Positions 9,160 to 19,579 are shown, counted from the stretch's first letter. The stretch is 40,722 nucleotides of DNA from an uncultured Ruminococcus sp. (GCA_902785765.1 CACZZU010000014.1:1-40722); one strand, 5' to 3'. Translations and numbers: made by a program. The notes: generated from the sequence alone by a model not told the origin.

Positions 9160-9813
9160 ATGAACATATTGTTGGTGGAGGATAACCAGCTGATCGCCAA
9201 GAGTTTGCTCTATACACTCCAGTCAAAAGGACACACGGTGACACTATGTGAAACTTGTGCGTCAACGCTGCTCCATGCAGGCGAGGAGTTTGATGTCATC
9301 CTCATGGATGTGACCCTGCCGGACGGCAGCGGCTTTGAACTGTATCGGGATGTCAGTCGTGTGAATACCGCTCCGGTGATCTTTCTGACGGCTATGGACG
9401 ATGAAGATCATATTGTCGGCGGATTGGAGATGGGAGCGGCCGACTATATCACCAAACCGTTTTCTACGCGGGAACTGCTGGCGAGGATCCGCCGCTTCGA
9501 TAAAAAAGCCACAGGACAGAGTACGGTAGTATCGGTGGGCAGTATTTTTGCCGATACCGAGAGTCACACGGTACGCAGCGGCGACAAAGCCGTGGAACTG
9601 ACGGCGTTGGAGTATCGTATCCTGCTGATGCTGATGCAGAATGCCGGTAAGGTCGTGACACGCGACCGCATCATGGAGAAGATATGGGACATCGCCGGCA
9701 ACTACGTCAACGACAATACCCTGACGGTCTATATCAAACGTATCCGACAAAAGTTGGACACCGACCTGATCCGCACCGTCAAGGGCATCGGCTATAAGAT
9801 GGAGGAAGCATGA
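9160..9813 (+). CDS. OmpR-family response regulator
   Basis: Receiver domain (LLVEDN..., DVILMDVTLPDGSG, phospho-acceptor Asp context) plus a winged-helix trans_reg_C domain (LTALEYRILLMLMQNAGKVVTRDRI..., TVKGIGYK). ATG 9160 lies 7 nt after ACGGAGG. Confidence 0.92.
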   Translation: MNILLVEDNQLIAKSLLYTLQSKGHTVTLCETCASTLLHAGEEFDVILMDVTLPDGSGFELYRDVSRVNTAPVIFLTAMDDEDHIVGGLEMGAADYITKPFSTRELLARIRRFDKKATGQSTVVSVGSIFADTESHTVRSGDKAVELTALEYRILLMLMQNAGKVVTRDRIMEKIWDIAGNYVNDNTLTVYIKRIRQKLDTDLIRTVKGIGYKMEEA

Positions 9814-11018
9814 AAACGACCGTCAAATTCGTTGTGTTCTTGGCGATACTGTGTTTGACATTCACGCTCCTGTGTGCGGCTGTGGTCAAAACGGGACTGG
9901 AAGAAGTCCGGCAGACGGACTATCAGGTGGTCGCCTCGATCGTGTCACTGGTGAAAGAGAAGTATCCGGATATCAGCGACCGAGAAATTGCTGCCATTCT
10001 CAATCATCAAGAGCGGCCCTCTTTTGAGACTGCAGAAATGCTGCGGCGGTACGGTATCACACCCGAAGACACCGCCGTATATGCTGACCGTTCCTCTCAC
10101 AACCGTATGTTCCTGATGATTATTGTGGCAGGGCTCCTGTTCAGTCTGACCGTGCTGATTTTCTTCTGGATGTTTGTCCGCTATAAAGTACGGCAGGAAC
10201 GCCGTCTGACACAGTATTTGTGCCGCATCAACAGTGGTGTGTATGAGCTGCCGTCAGAAAAGCTTACCGAAGAAAACAGTTCTGTGCTGTCGAGTGAGAT
10301 CTATAAGACGACCATCATGCTGAAGGAGCAGAGTGAACGATCCCATCGGGACAAGCTGGCATTGAAGGATTCCCTGTCGGATATTTCGCACCAGCTCAAA
10401 ACGCCCCTGACCTCCATGCTCATCATGTTGGATAATATTCTGGAAGGCGATATGCCAGAGGATCTGCGGAACGAGTTTCTCAACGACATTCGAGAGTCTG
10501 TCCATCACATCAGTTTCCTGACCTATTCTCTGCTCAAGCTCTCCCAACTGGATGCCAACTCCATTGAATTTGATCTCCGGTCAGTCAACGTGCAAGAACT
10601 CTTCACGGTGTGTACCGGTCGTGTTACGGCGATTGCCGCCGAACGTGGTGTCACCCTGACCAAGCAGTGCGAAGCCATTGAACTGCGGTGCGATGCACGC
10701 TGGTTGAGCGAAGCCCTGACGAATATCGTCAAAAACTGTGTGGAACACACGCCGTGCGGCGGACGGGTATCGCTGTTAGCGGAGGATACGCCGCTCTACA
10801 CCAAAATTGTAGTGCAGGATAACGGCAGCGGTATCGACAAGGATGACCTGCCGCACATCTTTGAACGTTTCTACAAGGGCAAAAATGCCAACGAAAACAG
10901 CGTTGGCATTGGTCTGTCGATGTCGAAGTCCATCATCGAGAAGTGCGGCGGCTACATCAAGGTCATCTCGGAGCCGCAGCAAGGCAGTACCTTTGTCATC
11001 AAGTTCTTCAAACTGTAA
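9810..11018 (+). CDS. Sensor histidine kinase
   Basis: Two TM helices flank an extracytoplasmic loop of about 70 aa. H-box ISHQLKTPL, N-box NIVKNCVEHT, G-boxes VQDNGSGI and GIGLSMSKSI. The start overlaps the regulator stop (ATGA). Confidence 0.92.
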   Translation: MKTTVKFVVFLAILCLTFTLLCAAVVKTGLEEVRQTDYQVVASIVSLVKEKYPDISDREIAAILNHQERPSFETAEMLRRYGITPEDTAVYADRSSHNRMFLMIIVAGLLFSLTVLIFFWMFVRYKVRQERRLTQYLCRINSGVYELPSEKLTEENSSVLSSEIYKTTIMLKEQSERSHRDKLALKDSLSDISHQLKTPLTSMLIMLDNILEGDMPEDLRNEFLNDIRESVHHISFLTYSLLKLSQLDANSIEFDLRSVNVQELFTVCTGRVTAIAAERGVTLTKQCEAIELRCDARWLSEALTNIVKNCVEHTPCGGRVSLLAEDTPLYTKIVVQDNGSGIDKDDLPHIFERFYKGKNANENSVGIGLSMSKSIIEKCGGYIKVISEPQQGSTFVIKFFKL

Positions 11019-11197
11019 CAGCAACAGAAGATAAAAAATGTGTGTCACGGCAAGTACTGTCCCCTAAAGAAACTGTAAAAAGTAATGGGGCAAAATAAAG
11101 CGGTGAGGTTTGACCTCTCACAAAGCACAACGAAGGGTGCAGGGGAGCGAGAAGCCCTTTGCTAGGATTTGGGACGAAGTCCCAACACGAAGGGGGA

Positions 11198-13360
11198 ATG
11201 GGTGTGAAAGGGATAGGTAAGAGAATAGGGGCAGTGTTGTGTACCATGCCGATGGTGCTGGCGATGACCGAACACATGGCGGTACAGGCAGCACCGGCGG
11301 GCGTGACCGTCTTGAAAAAGCAGATACCGGTGTACCGCAAGAGCCTGTCAGAACAGGAAACGGTGGAGTGCACCTTTTTCAGTGATCTGCCGAATGTGCC
11401 GTATATGCCGCTGGAGGTGTTCTATGACACTTTCATGGACGGCGATATGAACGTCAGCCGTGATGGGACACGTTACACTTACACTGACCGGCAATATGGT
11501 TCGGTCGCTGTGGCCGATGCCGAACGGGACACGCTGACATCGGCGGATATGGCCAACTTTGTGGCTACCCCCGTTTACAAGCAAAAAGACGGTCTGGTGA
11601 TGGGGGGACCCGATAAGATGGTAAAAGTGCAGAAAGTCGAGTATGATCGACCTTCTGCTGCACTGACCTTTGAACTGGGACGCTATGGCATCGACCTGCG
11701 GGAAGAGGACGGCATCCTCTACTTTCCCTTCGCTACGGCAAGCGACCTGTTCAGCAACATTGATGTGCTGACGGCGTACTATGCCGATGAGACGATCTAC
11801 TTCGATGCGGAGTATCAAGAAATCAACGGTGGTCATGCCCGTTCCCAAAAGGGTGATTATCTGCCGTGGCTGCTGGAAAACGAGCGTCCGGCGGATATGA
11901 TCGACTTCAACTACCATGAACTGTGCTTCTCTGTTGAGAATTTCTATGGCTATCCGTGCAGTTACAGCGATTTTGCCGACAAGATGCAGCAGACAGGGCT
12001 GGATGCGGCTCTTACCGCCTTTGACCCGACCACGAAACAATTGCTGCTGTCCGTAAAACCGGCAGAATATGTGGCGGGACTCTACCGCCTGTTCAATCTC
12101 TGGCTGGCGGACGGCGGTCATACGGGAGCAGACTTTAGCACGATCTTCTCCAACAGTGACTATGCCGCTGCGGTAGCACCGGTGTTCAACCAATACAACT
12201 CTGCCGACAGTATCGGCGACAATTACTATGTGGATAAAAACAATCAGATGATCCAGACGATGAATACCCTGATGTCACAGCGGCAAAGTACCCTCGGGAA
12301 GGGTGAATATCATTCCCAAGGAGACACCGCTCTGATTACTTTCAACAGCTTCGAGGTAGACTACGAGGGTTGGGACAACTATTTCGGCGGTCAGAGCACA
12401 CAGATGCCAGCCGACACCGTTGGTCTGGTCTATCGCTGTCTGCAAAAGGCAGAACAGGATACGGCTGTCAAGAATGTTGTGTTTGACCTGTCCACAAACG
12501 GCGGTGGTGATACGATCGCTCTGGAAGCCGTTGTGGGTATGGTACGCGGCACGTTTGACTGCCATTTTTACAACGTACTCGGTCAGCAGACATTGACACA
12601 GACAACTGTTACCGACCGGAATCTGGACGGTACCATCAATGCCCAAGATATGGCGGTGCGTTATGGCGATCTGAACTTTGCGGTGCTGTCCAGCAGCTAT
12701 TCTTTCTCCTGTGCGAATATCATGACAGCCCTGATGAAAGAGGGCGGCTGTCCGATCATCGGTGAAACCAGCGGCGGCGGTGCCTGTGCCGTTTTGCTCA
12801 GAGCCACTGCGGATGGGTTAAGCTATCGTTTGTCATCCTATGCTCGTTTTGTCACGCCAGCCCTTGCCACAACCGATGACGGGATTCCAGCGGATGTGGC
12901 ACTTGTCACTGCAGCGGCAGACGGCACCAAGGATTACAGTCGTTTTTATGATCTGACCGCTATCAGTCAGGCGGTCAACCGCTATTACAAAGAACAGGAA
13001 AGCAGTCATGTATCTGCTGCGGACAACAGCCAACTGTCTTCTGCCGTATCGACAGAGGAACCGTCCGAAGTGTCTGCGACATCTGCGGTGCAGTCTGTTC
13101 AGACTGCCCAACAGCCGAGTCAGACTTCTATGGATCAACCAAGTTCGGCACCTTCAGGGATACCCTCATCCGGTGCACCTTCCCGCACCGTGACAGAACC
13201 GTCTGCTGCCGGTTCCGTTCCTGATACCAACCGTTTTTCGGCACCGCAAACGGTTGGCACCTCTTCACAAGGCACGATGGTGTTGGTGCTGATCCTGTTC
13301 GGGGTGATGACCGCCGCCGTAATTGCCGCAGCTGTTGTGGTGTTGGTGAAACACAAGTGA
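11198..13360 (+). CDS. S41-family peptidase-like surface protein with Ser/Pro-rich stalk and C-terminal membrane anchor
   Basis: Signal peptide (MPMVLAMTEHMAVQAAPAG). S41-like motifs VVFDLSTNGGGD and SSYSFSCANIM...IIGETSGGG. A Ser/Thr/Pro/Gln-rich linker of about 100 aa is followed by a hydrophobic helix and a KHK tail. The start is uncertain: ATG 11198 or GTG 11204. Confidence 0.7.
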   Translation: MGVKGIGKRIGAVLCTMPMVLAMTEHMAVQAAPAGVTVLKKQIPVYRKSLSEQETVECTFFSDLPNVPYMPLEVFYDTFMDGDMNVSRDGTRYTYTDRQYGSVAVADAERDTLTSADMANFVATPVYKQKDGLVMGGPDKMVKVQKVEYDRPSAALTFELGRYGIDLREEDGILYFPFATASDLFSNIDVLTAYYADETIYFDAEYQEINGGHARSQKGDYLPWLLENERPADMIDFNYHELCFSVENFYGYPCSYSDFADKMQQTGLDAALTAFDPTTKQLLLSVKPAEYVAGLYRLFNLWLADGGHTGADFSTIFSNSDYAAAVAPVFNQYNSADSIGDNYYVDKNNQMIQTMNTLMSQRQSTLGKGEYHSQGDTALITFNSFEVDYEGWDNYFGGQSTQMPADTVGLVYRCLQKAEQDTAVKNVVFDLSTNGGGDTIALEAVVGMVRGTFDCHFYNVLGQQTLTQTTVTDRNLDGTINAQDMAVRYGDLNFAVLSSSYSFSCANIMTALMKEGGCPIIGETSGGGACAVLLRATADGLSYRLSSYARFVTPALATTDDGIPADVALVTAAADGTKDYSRFYDLTAISQAVNRYYKEQESSHVSAADNSQLSSAVSTEEPSEVSATSAVQSVQTAQQPSQTSMDQPSSAPSGIPSSGAPSRTVTEPSAAGSVPDTNRFSAPQTVGTSSQGTMVLVLILFGVMTAAVIAAAVVVLVKHK

Positions 13361-13415
13361 GCACATGAAGAACAAGCAGCGTGCCCATTCATTCGAATAG
13401 AAAAGGAGGGTCACT

Positions 13416-13625
13416 ATGGACATCAAAGTGGGAGACATTCTTGAGATGAAAAAAGCTCATCCATGTGGGTCCAAGGACAGCAAGCAGTTTTTGGTGGTAC
13501 GGATCGGTGCCGATTTCAAAATACGCTGTCAAGCCTGCGGGCATGAGATCATGCTGCCCCGCAGCAAGGTGGAAAAGAACATCCGCAAGGTGTTTTCCTC
13601 CGCTGCTGTGCCGCCGGAGTCCTAG
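13416..13625 (+). CDS. DUF951-family small protein
   Basis: 69 aa. The pattern LEMKKAHPCGS...RIGADFKIRCQACGHEIMLPRSKVEKNIRKV matches the conserved DUF951 (YyzM-like) signature. RBS AAAGGAGGG upstream. Confidence 0.75.
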   Translation: MDIKVGDILEMKKAHPCGSKDSKQFLVVRIGADFKIRCQACGHEIMLPRSKVEKNIRKVFSSAAVPPES

Positions 13626-13682
13626 CTGACATCAAAAGGATGATGCACAACGACTATCCGGGAAAATACAGGGGGAAGAACC

Positions 13683-14756
13683 ATGTTTGAAAAGGTACAG
13701 GGGATCGAGAGAAGATACGAAGAACTGTCTGAAAAACTATGTGATCCGGCCGTCACATCTTCGGCGGAACGCTATACAGAAGTGATGAAGGAGTACAAAG
13801 CCATCGAACCATTGGCTTTGGCCTACCGTGCCTATCAGAAGGCCGTCAGCGATAAGCAGGAGGCTCAAAACTTGCTGGAAGAAAGCGGGCAGGATACCGA
13901 ACTGTCGGCTATGCTGACGGAAGAGATCGCCGCTGCTGAACAGATCATCGACCGTCTGACCGCTGAAATGAAACTTCTGTTGCTGCCGAAAGACCCCAAC
14001 GATGACCGAAACGTTATCGTAGAGATACGGGGCGGTGCCGGCGGAGAAGAAGCCGCCTTATTTGCGGCGGTGCTGTACCGGATGTACAGTATGTATGCCG
14101 TCAAGCAGGGCTACCGCAGTGAAGTGATGAGTGCCAACGAAACGGAGTTGGGCGGCTACAAGGAAATATGCTTTATGATTACGGGAAAGGGAGCCTACTC
14201 TCGTCTGAAATACGAGAGCGGGGTACACCGTGTACAGCGTGTGCCGGAAACGGAAACACAGGGACGCATCCATACCTCGACCGTGACAGTTGCGGTACTG
14301 CCCGAAGCCGAAGACGTGGAGGTGAACATTGACCCGACCGATCTCAAGATCGACACCTTTCGTTCCAGCGGTGCCGGCGGTCAGCATATCAACAAAACGG
14401 AGTCGGCTATCCGCATTACACACCTGCCGACCGGTTTGGTGGTGGAGTGTCAGGACGAACGCAGTCAGTACAAAAACAAGGATAAGGCTATGAAGGTACT
14501 GAAATCCCGTCTGCTGGAAGCCGAACGGGCCCGCCAGCACGAAGATGTTGCCCGACAGCGGCACGATCAGGTCGGTACCGGCGACCGCAGCGAACGTATC
14601 CGTACCTATAACTATCCACAGGGCAGAGTCACCGATCATCGCATCGGCCTGACGCTCTACAAGATTGATGACATCCTCAACGGCAATATTGACGAGCTCA
14701 TTGATGCCCTGACGACTGCCGATCGTGCCGCTCAATTGGCGGGTGAAGAAACCTGA
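13683..14756 (+). CDS. prfA: Peptide chain release factor 1
   Basis: GGQ motif ([14 protein letters not shown]). RF1-type tripeptide region [14 protein letters not shown] (P-x-T rather than the SPF of RF2). 357 aa. Confidence 0.93.
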   Translation: MFEKVQGIERRYEELSEKLCDPAVTSSAERYTEVMKEYKAIEPLALAYRAYQKAVSDKQEAQNLLEESGQDTELSAMLTEEIAAAEQIIDRLTAEMKLLLLPKDPNDDRNVIVEIRGGAGGEEAALFAAVLYRMYSMYAVKQGYRSEVMSANETELGGYKEICFMITGKGAYSRLKYESGVHRVQRVPETETQGRIHTSTVTVAVLPEAEDVEVNIDPTDLKIDTFRSSGAGGQHINKTESAIRITHLPTGLVVECQDERSQYKNKDKAMKVLKSRLLEAERARQHEDVARQRHDQVGTGDRSERIRTYNYPQGRVTDHRIGLTLYKIDDILNGNIDELIDALTTADRAAQLAGEET

Positions 14757-14790
14757 CGTACCTTTCGGCACGATCTGTCTTTCTGCTGGC

Positions 14791-14840
14791 GGCTGTAGGA
14801 AAATGGACTGACTTGGCAAGCCTTTCCCACAGCCGATTTT
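14791..14840 (+). terminator. Probable terminator after prfA
   Basis: Interrupted stem GGCTGT-A-GGAAA / TTTCC-C-ACAGCC followed by GATTTT. The loop is about 20 nt, which is rather long. Confidence 0.45.
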
Positions 14841-14942
14841 CAGCGATAATACTGTGACACTATCTTATAACAAAACTGATAACGAAAAACAAACGTGTCC
14901 ACAGATACCCATTGTGTGTGATATTCAGGAGGAATGAACTGT

Positions 14943-15914
14943 ATGAAAAACACCGACGTACACTACCAACCGCAAAAATTTGCCACCCTGAAATCTGTTC
15001 TGGCCGTGATAGCGGTGCTGCTTTTCATCGGACAGATCATTGGGTTGGTACAGATATGCGGTTACTTAACACAGTCGTACAGAGTTGTGGGGATCGAAGA
15101 CTTTGAAAGTCTTCAAACAGGGGAACTAGTGAAAGGGATCATCGACAAGAGTGATGTGATACTGTCTTATCGGGAAGAATATGAAAATCAGCTGCCGGTG
15201 GAATGTCTGCTAGTGATGACACCTAACCATAAGCTGCTGGTGGTAGCGGCCAGTCAAGAGTCTTCCGAATCTTATGCGAAAATGATGCAAATGGTCGATG
15301 GGGATGTTTCCCACTTTGAGTACAAAGGAAAGGTCGTTGCCCTGTCCAGTTCTTCCCAACAATTGGCACAGATGCAGATGGTGACGAACAATATATATTA
15401 CCCTTACGATCTGGACAACCATGCATTTCTGGGACAGAAGATCGGTGCCGTAGATGTGGATATGAGTTATGTCGTATCGGCACTGATTGCCACGATCGTT
15501 GGCATGATTCTTATGGTGGTTGTGGCAGTGCTCCTGACACGCAAAACCTTCAACAATATCCGCTATGGCATTCTTGTCAACAAGGGTATCATCGAGCCGG
15601 AACTCAAGATACGCCGTGAAGACCTTGCCATCAACAACCAAGAAGTTTATCAGGACAGCGGCAACGACAGCGGATCTTTCTACGTCAACCATGACAGCGA
15701 TCAGCCGCAAAATAACGATGGAACGTACCATTTCATCAAACCACGGGAACAGACGGCTTCTTCTGACTCCGATGAAACGGCGGCACCCATGCGGTTCCAT
15801 GAGGAACTGGATTTCTACCAAAGCGGTATCAACAATGAGGGCAACTTCTATATCCCACAGAGTGATGAATTGCCGCCGGAAGACGAAAGCACCGAACATT
15901 ATAAGAGGTACTGA
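14943..15914 (+). CDS. Hypothetical bitopic membrane protein with acidic, low-complexity C-terminal tail
   Basis: ATG 14943 lies 10 nt after AGGAGG. ATG 14934 is too close to the RBS. Two predicted TM helices flank a domain of about 150 aa. I recognise no family. Confidence 0.6.
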   Translation: MKNTDVHYQPQKFATLKSVLAVIAVLLFIGQIIGLVQICGYLTQSYRVVGIEDFESLQTGELVKGIIDKSDVILSYREEYENQLPVECLLVMTPNHKLLVVAASQESSESYAKMMQMVDGDVSHFEYKGKVVALSSSSQQLAQMQMVTNNIYYPYDLDNHAFLGQKIGAVDVDMSYVVSALIATIVGMILMVVVAVLLTRKTFNNIRYGILVNKGIIEPELKIRREDLAINNQEVYQDSGNDSGSFYVNHDSDQPQNNDGTYHFIKPREQTASSDSDETAAPMRFHEELDFYQSGINNEGNFYIPQSDELPPEDESTEHYKRY

Positions 15915-16037
15915 TCGTCAGTCAAAAAACGGCAGTACCGTTTGTGACAACGCCAAGAAAGAGCAGCGTACAGAATCTCTGCTTGAGAGCGAAGGAACGT
16001 GCCGCAGCCAAAACGGCACTACATTGTGATAAGGCAG

Positions 16038-16086
16038 CAAACGCCGGTACGTCTGCGGGAGAGACCGAAGACGTGCCGGCGTTTTG
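16038..16086 (+). terminator. Rho-independent terminator upstream of the str operon
   Basis: Stem of about 16 bp CAAACGCCGGTACGTC / GACGTGCCGGCGTTTTG, with an A tract on the 5' side and a T tract on the 3' side. Confidence 0.65.
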
Positions 16087-16121
16087 CAGGAAAATTTCCG
16101 CGTAGATTCGGAAAAAAGTGC

Positions 16122-16151
16122 TTGACAAAGCAGCCAGTTCTGTGGTAGAAT
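16122..16151 (+). promoter_or_regulatory. rpsL operon promoter
   Basis: TTGACA (16122-16127), 18-nt spacer ending in TGg (extended -10), TAGAAT (16146-16151). A leader of about 170 nt precedes rpsL. Confidence 0.65.
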
Positions 16152-16321
16152 TTAGACTTGCAGGCGAGTAGTCTGCGGCGGAACGATCGGCTGTGGAACA
16201 TTCCTATAATTCGCAAGGATGGGGGAAAAATCACGGTCAGATTGAATAAACGTCCGGTTGGACGGTACCTGCTGCGGCAGGACGGACGACCACTATTTTT
16301 TGAGCAAGGAGGTGCGATGAA

Positions 16322-16744
16322 TTGCCAACGTTTAACCAATTGGTTCGCAAGGGAAGAGAAGTTTCTGAAAAGAAAGCAAAGGCTCCCGCACTGTTGAAGG
16401 GCTGGAACTCCAAGAAACGCAGAGCGATCAACCAGAATTCGCCCCAGAAGAGAGGCGTTTGTACGGCTGTTAAGACTGCTACCCCGAAGAAGCCTAATTC
16501 CGCTATCAGAAAGATTGCCAGAGTAAGACTGTCCAACGGTATTGAAGTAACATCCTATATTCCCGGTGTAGGTCACAACCTTCAGGAGCACAGCGTTGTT
16601 CTGATCAGAGGCGGCCGTGTGAAGGACCTCCCTGGTGTTCGTTACCATATCATTCGTGGTACACTGGATGCACAGGGTGTTGCAAAGCGTATGCAGGCTC
16701 GTTCCAAGTACGGTGCAAAGCGTCCGAAGGCAGGCAAAAAGTGA
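16322..16744 (+). CDS. rpsL: 30S ribosomal protein S12
   Basis: [12 protein letters not shown]...[10 protein letters not shown]...[11 protein letters not shown]... is unmistakably S12. TTG start follows AGGAGG. Confidence 0.97.
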   Translation: MPTFNQLVRKGREVSEKKAKAPALLKGWNSKKRRAINQNSPQKRGVCTAVKTATPKKPNSAIRKIARVRLSNGIEVTSYIPGVGHNLQEHSVVLIRGGRVKDLPGVRYHIIRGTLDAQGVAKRMQARSKYGAKRPKAGKK

Positions 16745-16909
16745 TCCCCTCCGCGAGTGGGAACCACACATTTCGTTAAGGATCTTATGATGAACTGATG
16801 CAATACAGAGATGTATTTTTACATAGATGTGCCTCTCTGTACGGCAAAACGGAAGATCAATCCTTTCGAGTACCGATGAAATCACTACTATGTGAAGGAG
16901 GGAAGTAAA

Positions 16910-17380
16910 ATGCCCAGAAGAGGTAATGTTGCAAAACGTGACGTTTTGCCCGATCCGGTGTATAATTCAAAGCTCGTGACCCGTCTGATCAACAACATCA
17001 TGTATGATGGTAAGAAGGGTGTCGCACAGAAGATCGTGTACGGTGCTTTTGAAATTGTAAACACTAAAACAGGAAAAGAGCCGCTCGAAGTGTTCGAGCA
17101 GGCGATGGAAAAGGTCATGCCGACTCTTGAGGTCAAGGCTCGCCGTGTAGGCGGTGCGACTTATCAGGTTCCTATGGAAGTAAGACCCGAGAGAAGACAG
17201 ACACTCGGACTTCGTTGGATCTCTAAGTATTCCAGACTCAGAAGCGAAAAGACCATGAAGGAAAAACTTGCCGGAGAAATCCTTGATGCTGTAAACGGTA
17301 TCGGTGGTGCTGCCAAGAAGTGCGAGGAAACACACAGAATGGCAGAAGCAAACAAGGCGTTTGCTCACTACAGATGGTAA
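16910..17380 (+). CDS. rpsG: 30S ribosomal protein S7
   Basis: [37 protein letters not shown]... is S7. ATG 16910 follows GAAGGAGGGA. Confidence 0.97.
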   Translation: MPRRGNVAKRDVLPDPVYNSKLVTRLINNIMYDGKKGVAQKIVYGAFEIVNTKTGKEPLEVFEQAMEKVMPTLEVKARRVGGATYQVPMEVRPERRQTLGLRWISKYSRLRSEKTMKEKLAGEILDAVNGIGGAAKKCEETHRMAEANKAFAHYRW

Positions 17381-17449
17381 TCGCAGCAGTCTTGCTGCCT
17401 GACAGCATGGCGGCTGACAGCCGTCACAGAACCTGAGGAGGATTTTTAT

Positions 17450-19552
17450 ATGGGAAGGCAAGTATCACTTGAAATGACACGAAATATCGGCATCATGGCT
17501 CACATTGATGCTGGTAAGACCACCACAACAGAACGTATTCTTTTCTATACCGGTATCAGCCACAAGATCGGTGAGACCCACGAGGGTGCTTCCGTTATGG
17601 ACTGGATGGTACAGGAGAAGGAAAGAGGTATCACCATCACATCTGCTGCTACAACTTGTTTCTGGGCGGGAAGCGACGGCACCAAGGGTAGCCACAGAAT
17701 CAATATCATTGATACTCCCGGTCACGTTGACTTTACAGTAGAGGTTGAGCGTTCACTGCGTGTACTTGACGGCTCTGTAACAGTTCTCTGTGCGAAGGGC
17801 GGCGTTGAGCCTCAGTCCGAAACCGTTTGGAGACAGGCCGACAAGTATCGTGTTCCCCGTATGGTGTACGTCAACAAGATGGACATCATGGGTGCCGATT
17901 TCTATAACGTAGTACAGATGATGAAGGATCGTCTGAAATGTAACGCCGTTCCGATCCAGTTGCCGATCGGTTCGGAGGATACCTTCAAAGGAATCGTTGA
18001 CCTCGTAGAGATGAATGCCGATGTCTACTATGATGACCTCGGTAAAGACATGAAGGTCGAAGAGATCCCGGAGGATATGAAGGAACTGGCCGAGAAGTAT
18101 CGTGCTGAACTGATTGAGCACGTTGTTGAGCAGGATGAAGACCTCCTTGAGAAATATCTGGAGGGTGAAGAGCCCACCAAGGAAGAGATCAAGAGAGTCA
18201 TCCGTCAGTCGACTATTGACAACACCATGGTTCCCGTTGTTTGCGGTACTTCTTACCGTAACAAGGGCGTTCAGAAGCTGCTCGATGCGATCGTGGACTA
18301 TATGCCTGCTCCGACAGATGTTCCTGCTATCAAGGGTATCAACCCTGAAACAGAGGAAGAGGTAGAAGTGCCTTCTTCGGATACCGAGCCGTTTGCTGCT
18401 CTGGCGTTCAAGATCGCTACTGACCCTTATGTTGGTAAGCTGTGCTTCTTCCGTGTTTATGCCGGTACGCTGAATGCCGGTTCTACTGTTTATAACTCCA
18501 CGAAGGACAGCTCCGAGCGTATCGGACGTATCCTTCAGATGCACGCAAACCACAGACAGGATATTGAGACCGTTTATGCGGGCGATATTGCTGCTGCGGT
18601 TGGCTTAAAGAATACCACCACTGGTGATACTCTCTGCACAGAGGGTCATCCGGTCATCTTGGAATCCATGGAATTTCCGGATCCGGTTATCCGTGTTGCT
18701 ATCGAGCCGAAAACCAAGGCCGGTCAGGAAAAGATGGGCATTGCTCTGGCGAAGCTCGCCGAAGAAGACCCGACCTTTAAGGCTTATACAGACGAAGAAA
18801 CCGGACAAACTATCATTGCCGGTATGGGTGAGCTTCACCTCGAAATCATCGTTGACAGACTGCTGCGTGAATTTAAGGTAGAAGCAAACATCGGTAAGCC
18901 GCAGGTTGCCTACAAAGAGACGATCCGCAGAAATTCCGATGTGGACGAGAAGTATGCTAGACAGTCCGGTGGTAAGGGTCAGTATGGTCACGTTAAGATC
19001 AGAATGGAACCCAACCCGGGCAAGGGCTACGAGTTCGTCAATGCCGTTGTCGGCGGTGCCATCCCGAAGGAATACATTCCTGCTGTTGATACCGGTATTC
19101 AGGGTGCGATGCTCTCCGGTGTACTCGCCGGTTACAACGTCGTAGACGTGAAGGTCACTCTGTACGATGGTTCTTATCATGAAGTCGACTCCTCTGAAAT
19201 GGCGTTTAAGATCGCCGCTTCGATGGCGTTCAAATCCGGTATGAGAAAGGCCGATCCGGTCATCCTCGAACCGATCATGAAAGTAACCGTTACTGTTCCG
19301 GAAGAATACATGGGTGATGTTATCGGCGACCTTAACTCTCGCCGTGGTATGATCCAGGGTATGGAAGCTGTGGCTGGTGCCCAGAGAATCGTTGCATTGG
19401 TGCCGCTGTCAGAAATGTTCGGCTACGCAACCGATATGCGTTCCAAGACACAGGGACGTGGTCAGTATGTTATGGAGCCTAACTCTTATGCAGAAGTGCC
19501 GAAGAGCATTGCAGACGACATCATTACTGCCCGCAGCAAAAAGGATGACTGA
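17450..19552 (+). CDS. fusA: Elongation factor G
   Basis: [34 protein letters not shown] and NKMD motifs. 700 aa. Confidence 0.97.
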   Translation: MGRQVSLEMTRNIGIMAHIDAGKTTTTERILFYTGISHKIGETHEGASVMDWMVQEKERGITITSAATTCFWAGSDGTKGSHRINIIDTPGHVDFTVEVERSLRVLDGSVTVLCAKGGVEPQSETVWRQADKYRVPRMVYVNKMDIMGADFYNVVQMMKDRLKCNAVPIQLPIGSEDTFKGIVDLVEMNADVYYDDLGKDMKVEEIPEDMKELAEKYRAELIEHVVEQDEDLLEKYLEGEEPTKEEIKRVIRQSTIDNTMVPVVCGTSYRNKGVQKLLDAIVDYMPAPTDVPAIKGINPETEEEVEVPSSDTEPFAALAFKIATDPYVGKLCFFRVYAGTLNAGSTVYNSTKDSSERIGRILQMHANHRQDIETVYAGDIAAAVGLKNTTTGDTLCTEGHPVILESMEFPDPVIRVAIEPKTKAGQEKMGIALAKLAEEDPTFKAYTDEETGQTIIAGMGELHLEIIVDRLLREFKVEANIGKPQVAYKETIRRNSDVDEKYARQSGGKGQYGHVKIRMEPNPGKGYEFVNAVVGGAIPKEYIPAVDTGIQGAMLSGVLAGYNVVDVKVTLYDGSYHEVDSSEMAFKIAASMAFKSGMRKADPVILEPIMKVTVTVPEEYMGDVIGDLNSRRGMIQGMEAVAGAQRIVALVPLSEMFGYATDMRSKTQGRGQYVMEPNSYAEVPKSIADDIITARSKKDD

Positions 19553-19579
19553 TCCTTGACAAAAAATTAGTCAAAATGC

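Noticed and set aside
8958-9200. Minus-strand ORFs 8958-9200 and 29518-29913 share the peptide TEIKFG.(A/S)VTWGKP, which could suggest a conserved small protein
   Set aside because: The shared peptide is just the translation of the repeated MITE-like element. The ORFs extend into unrelated flanks, differ in length because of the 99-nt insert, and lack an RBS.
11159-11197. The ORF-track start (TTG 11159) for the S41 peptidase, and similar upstream-extended starts at 1189, 14934, 16892, 29732, 34018, 35173, 35954 and 39613
   Set aside because: In each case a downstream ATG or GTG has a properly spaced purine-rich RBS. The extension adds residues with no signal-peptide or family logic.
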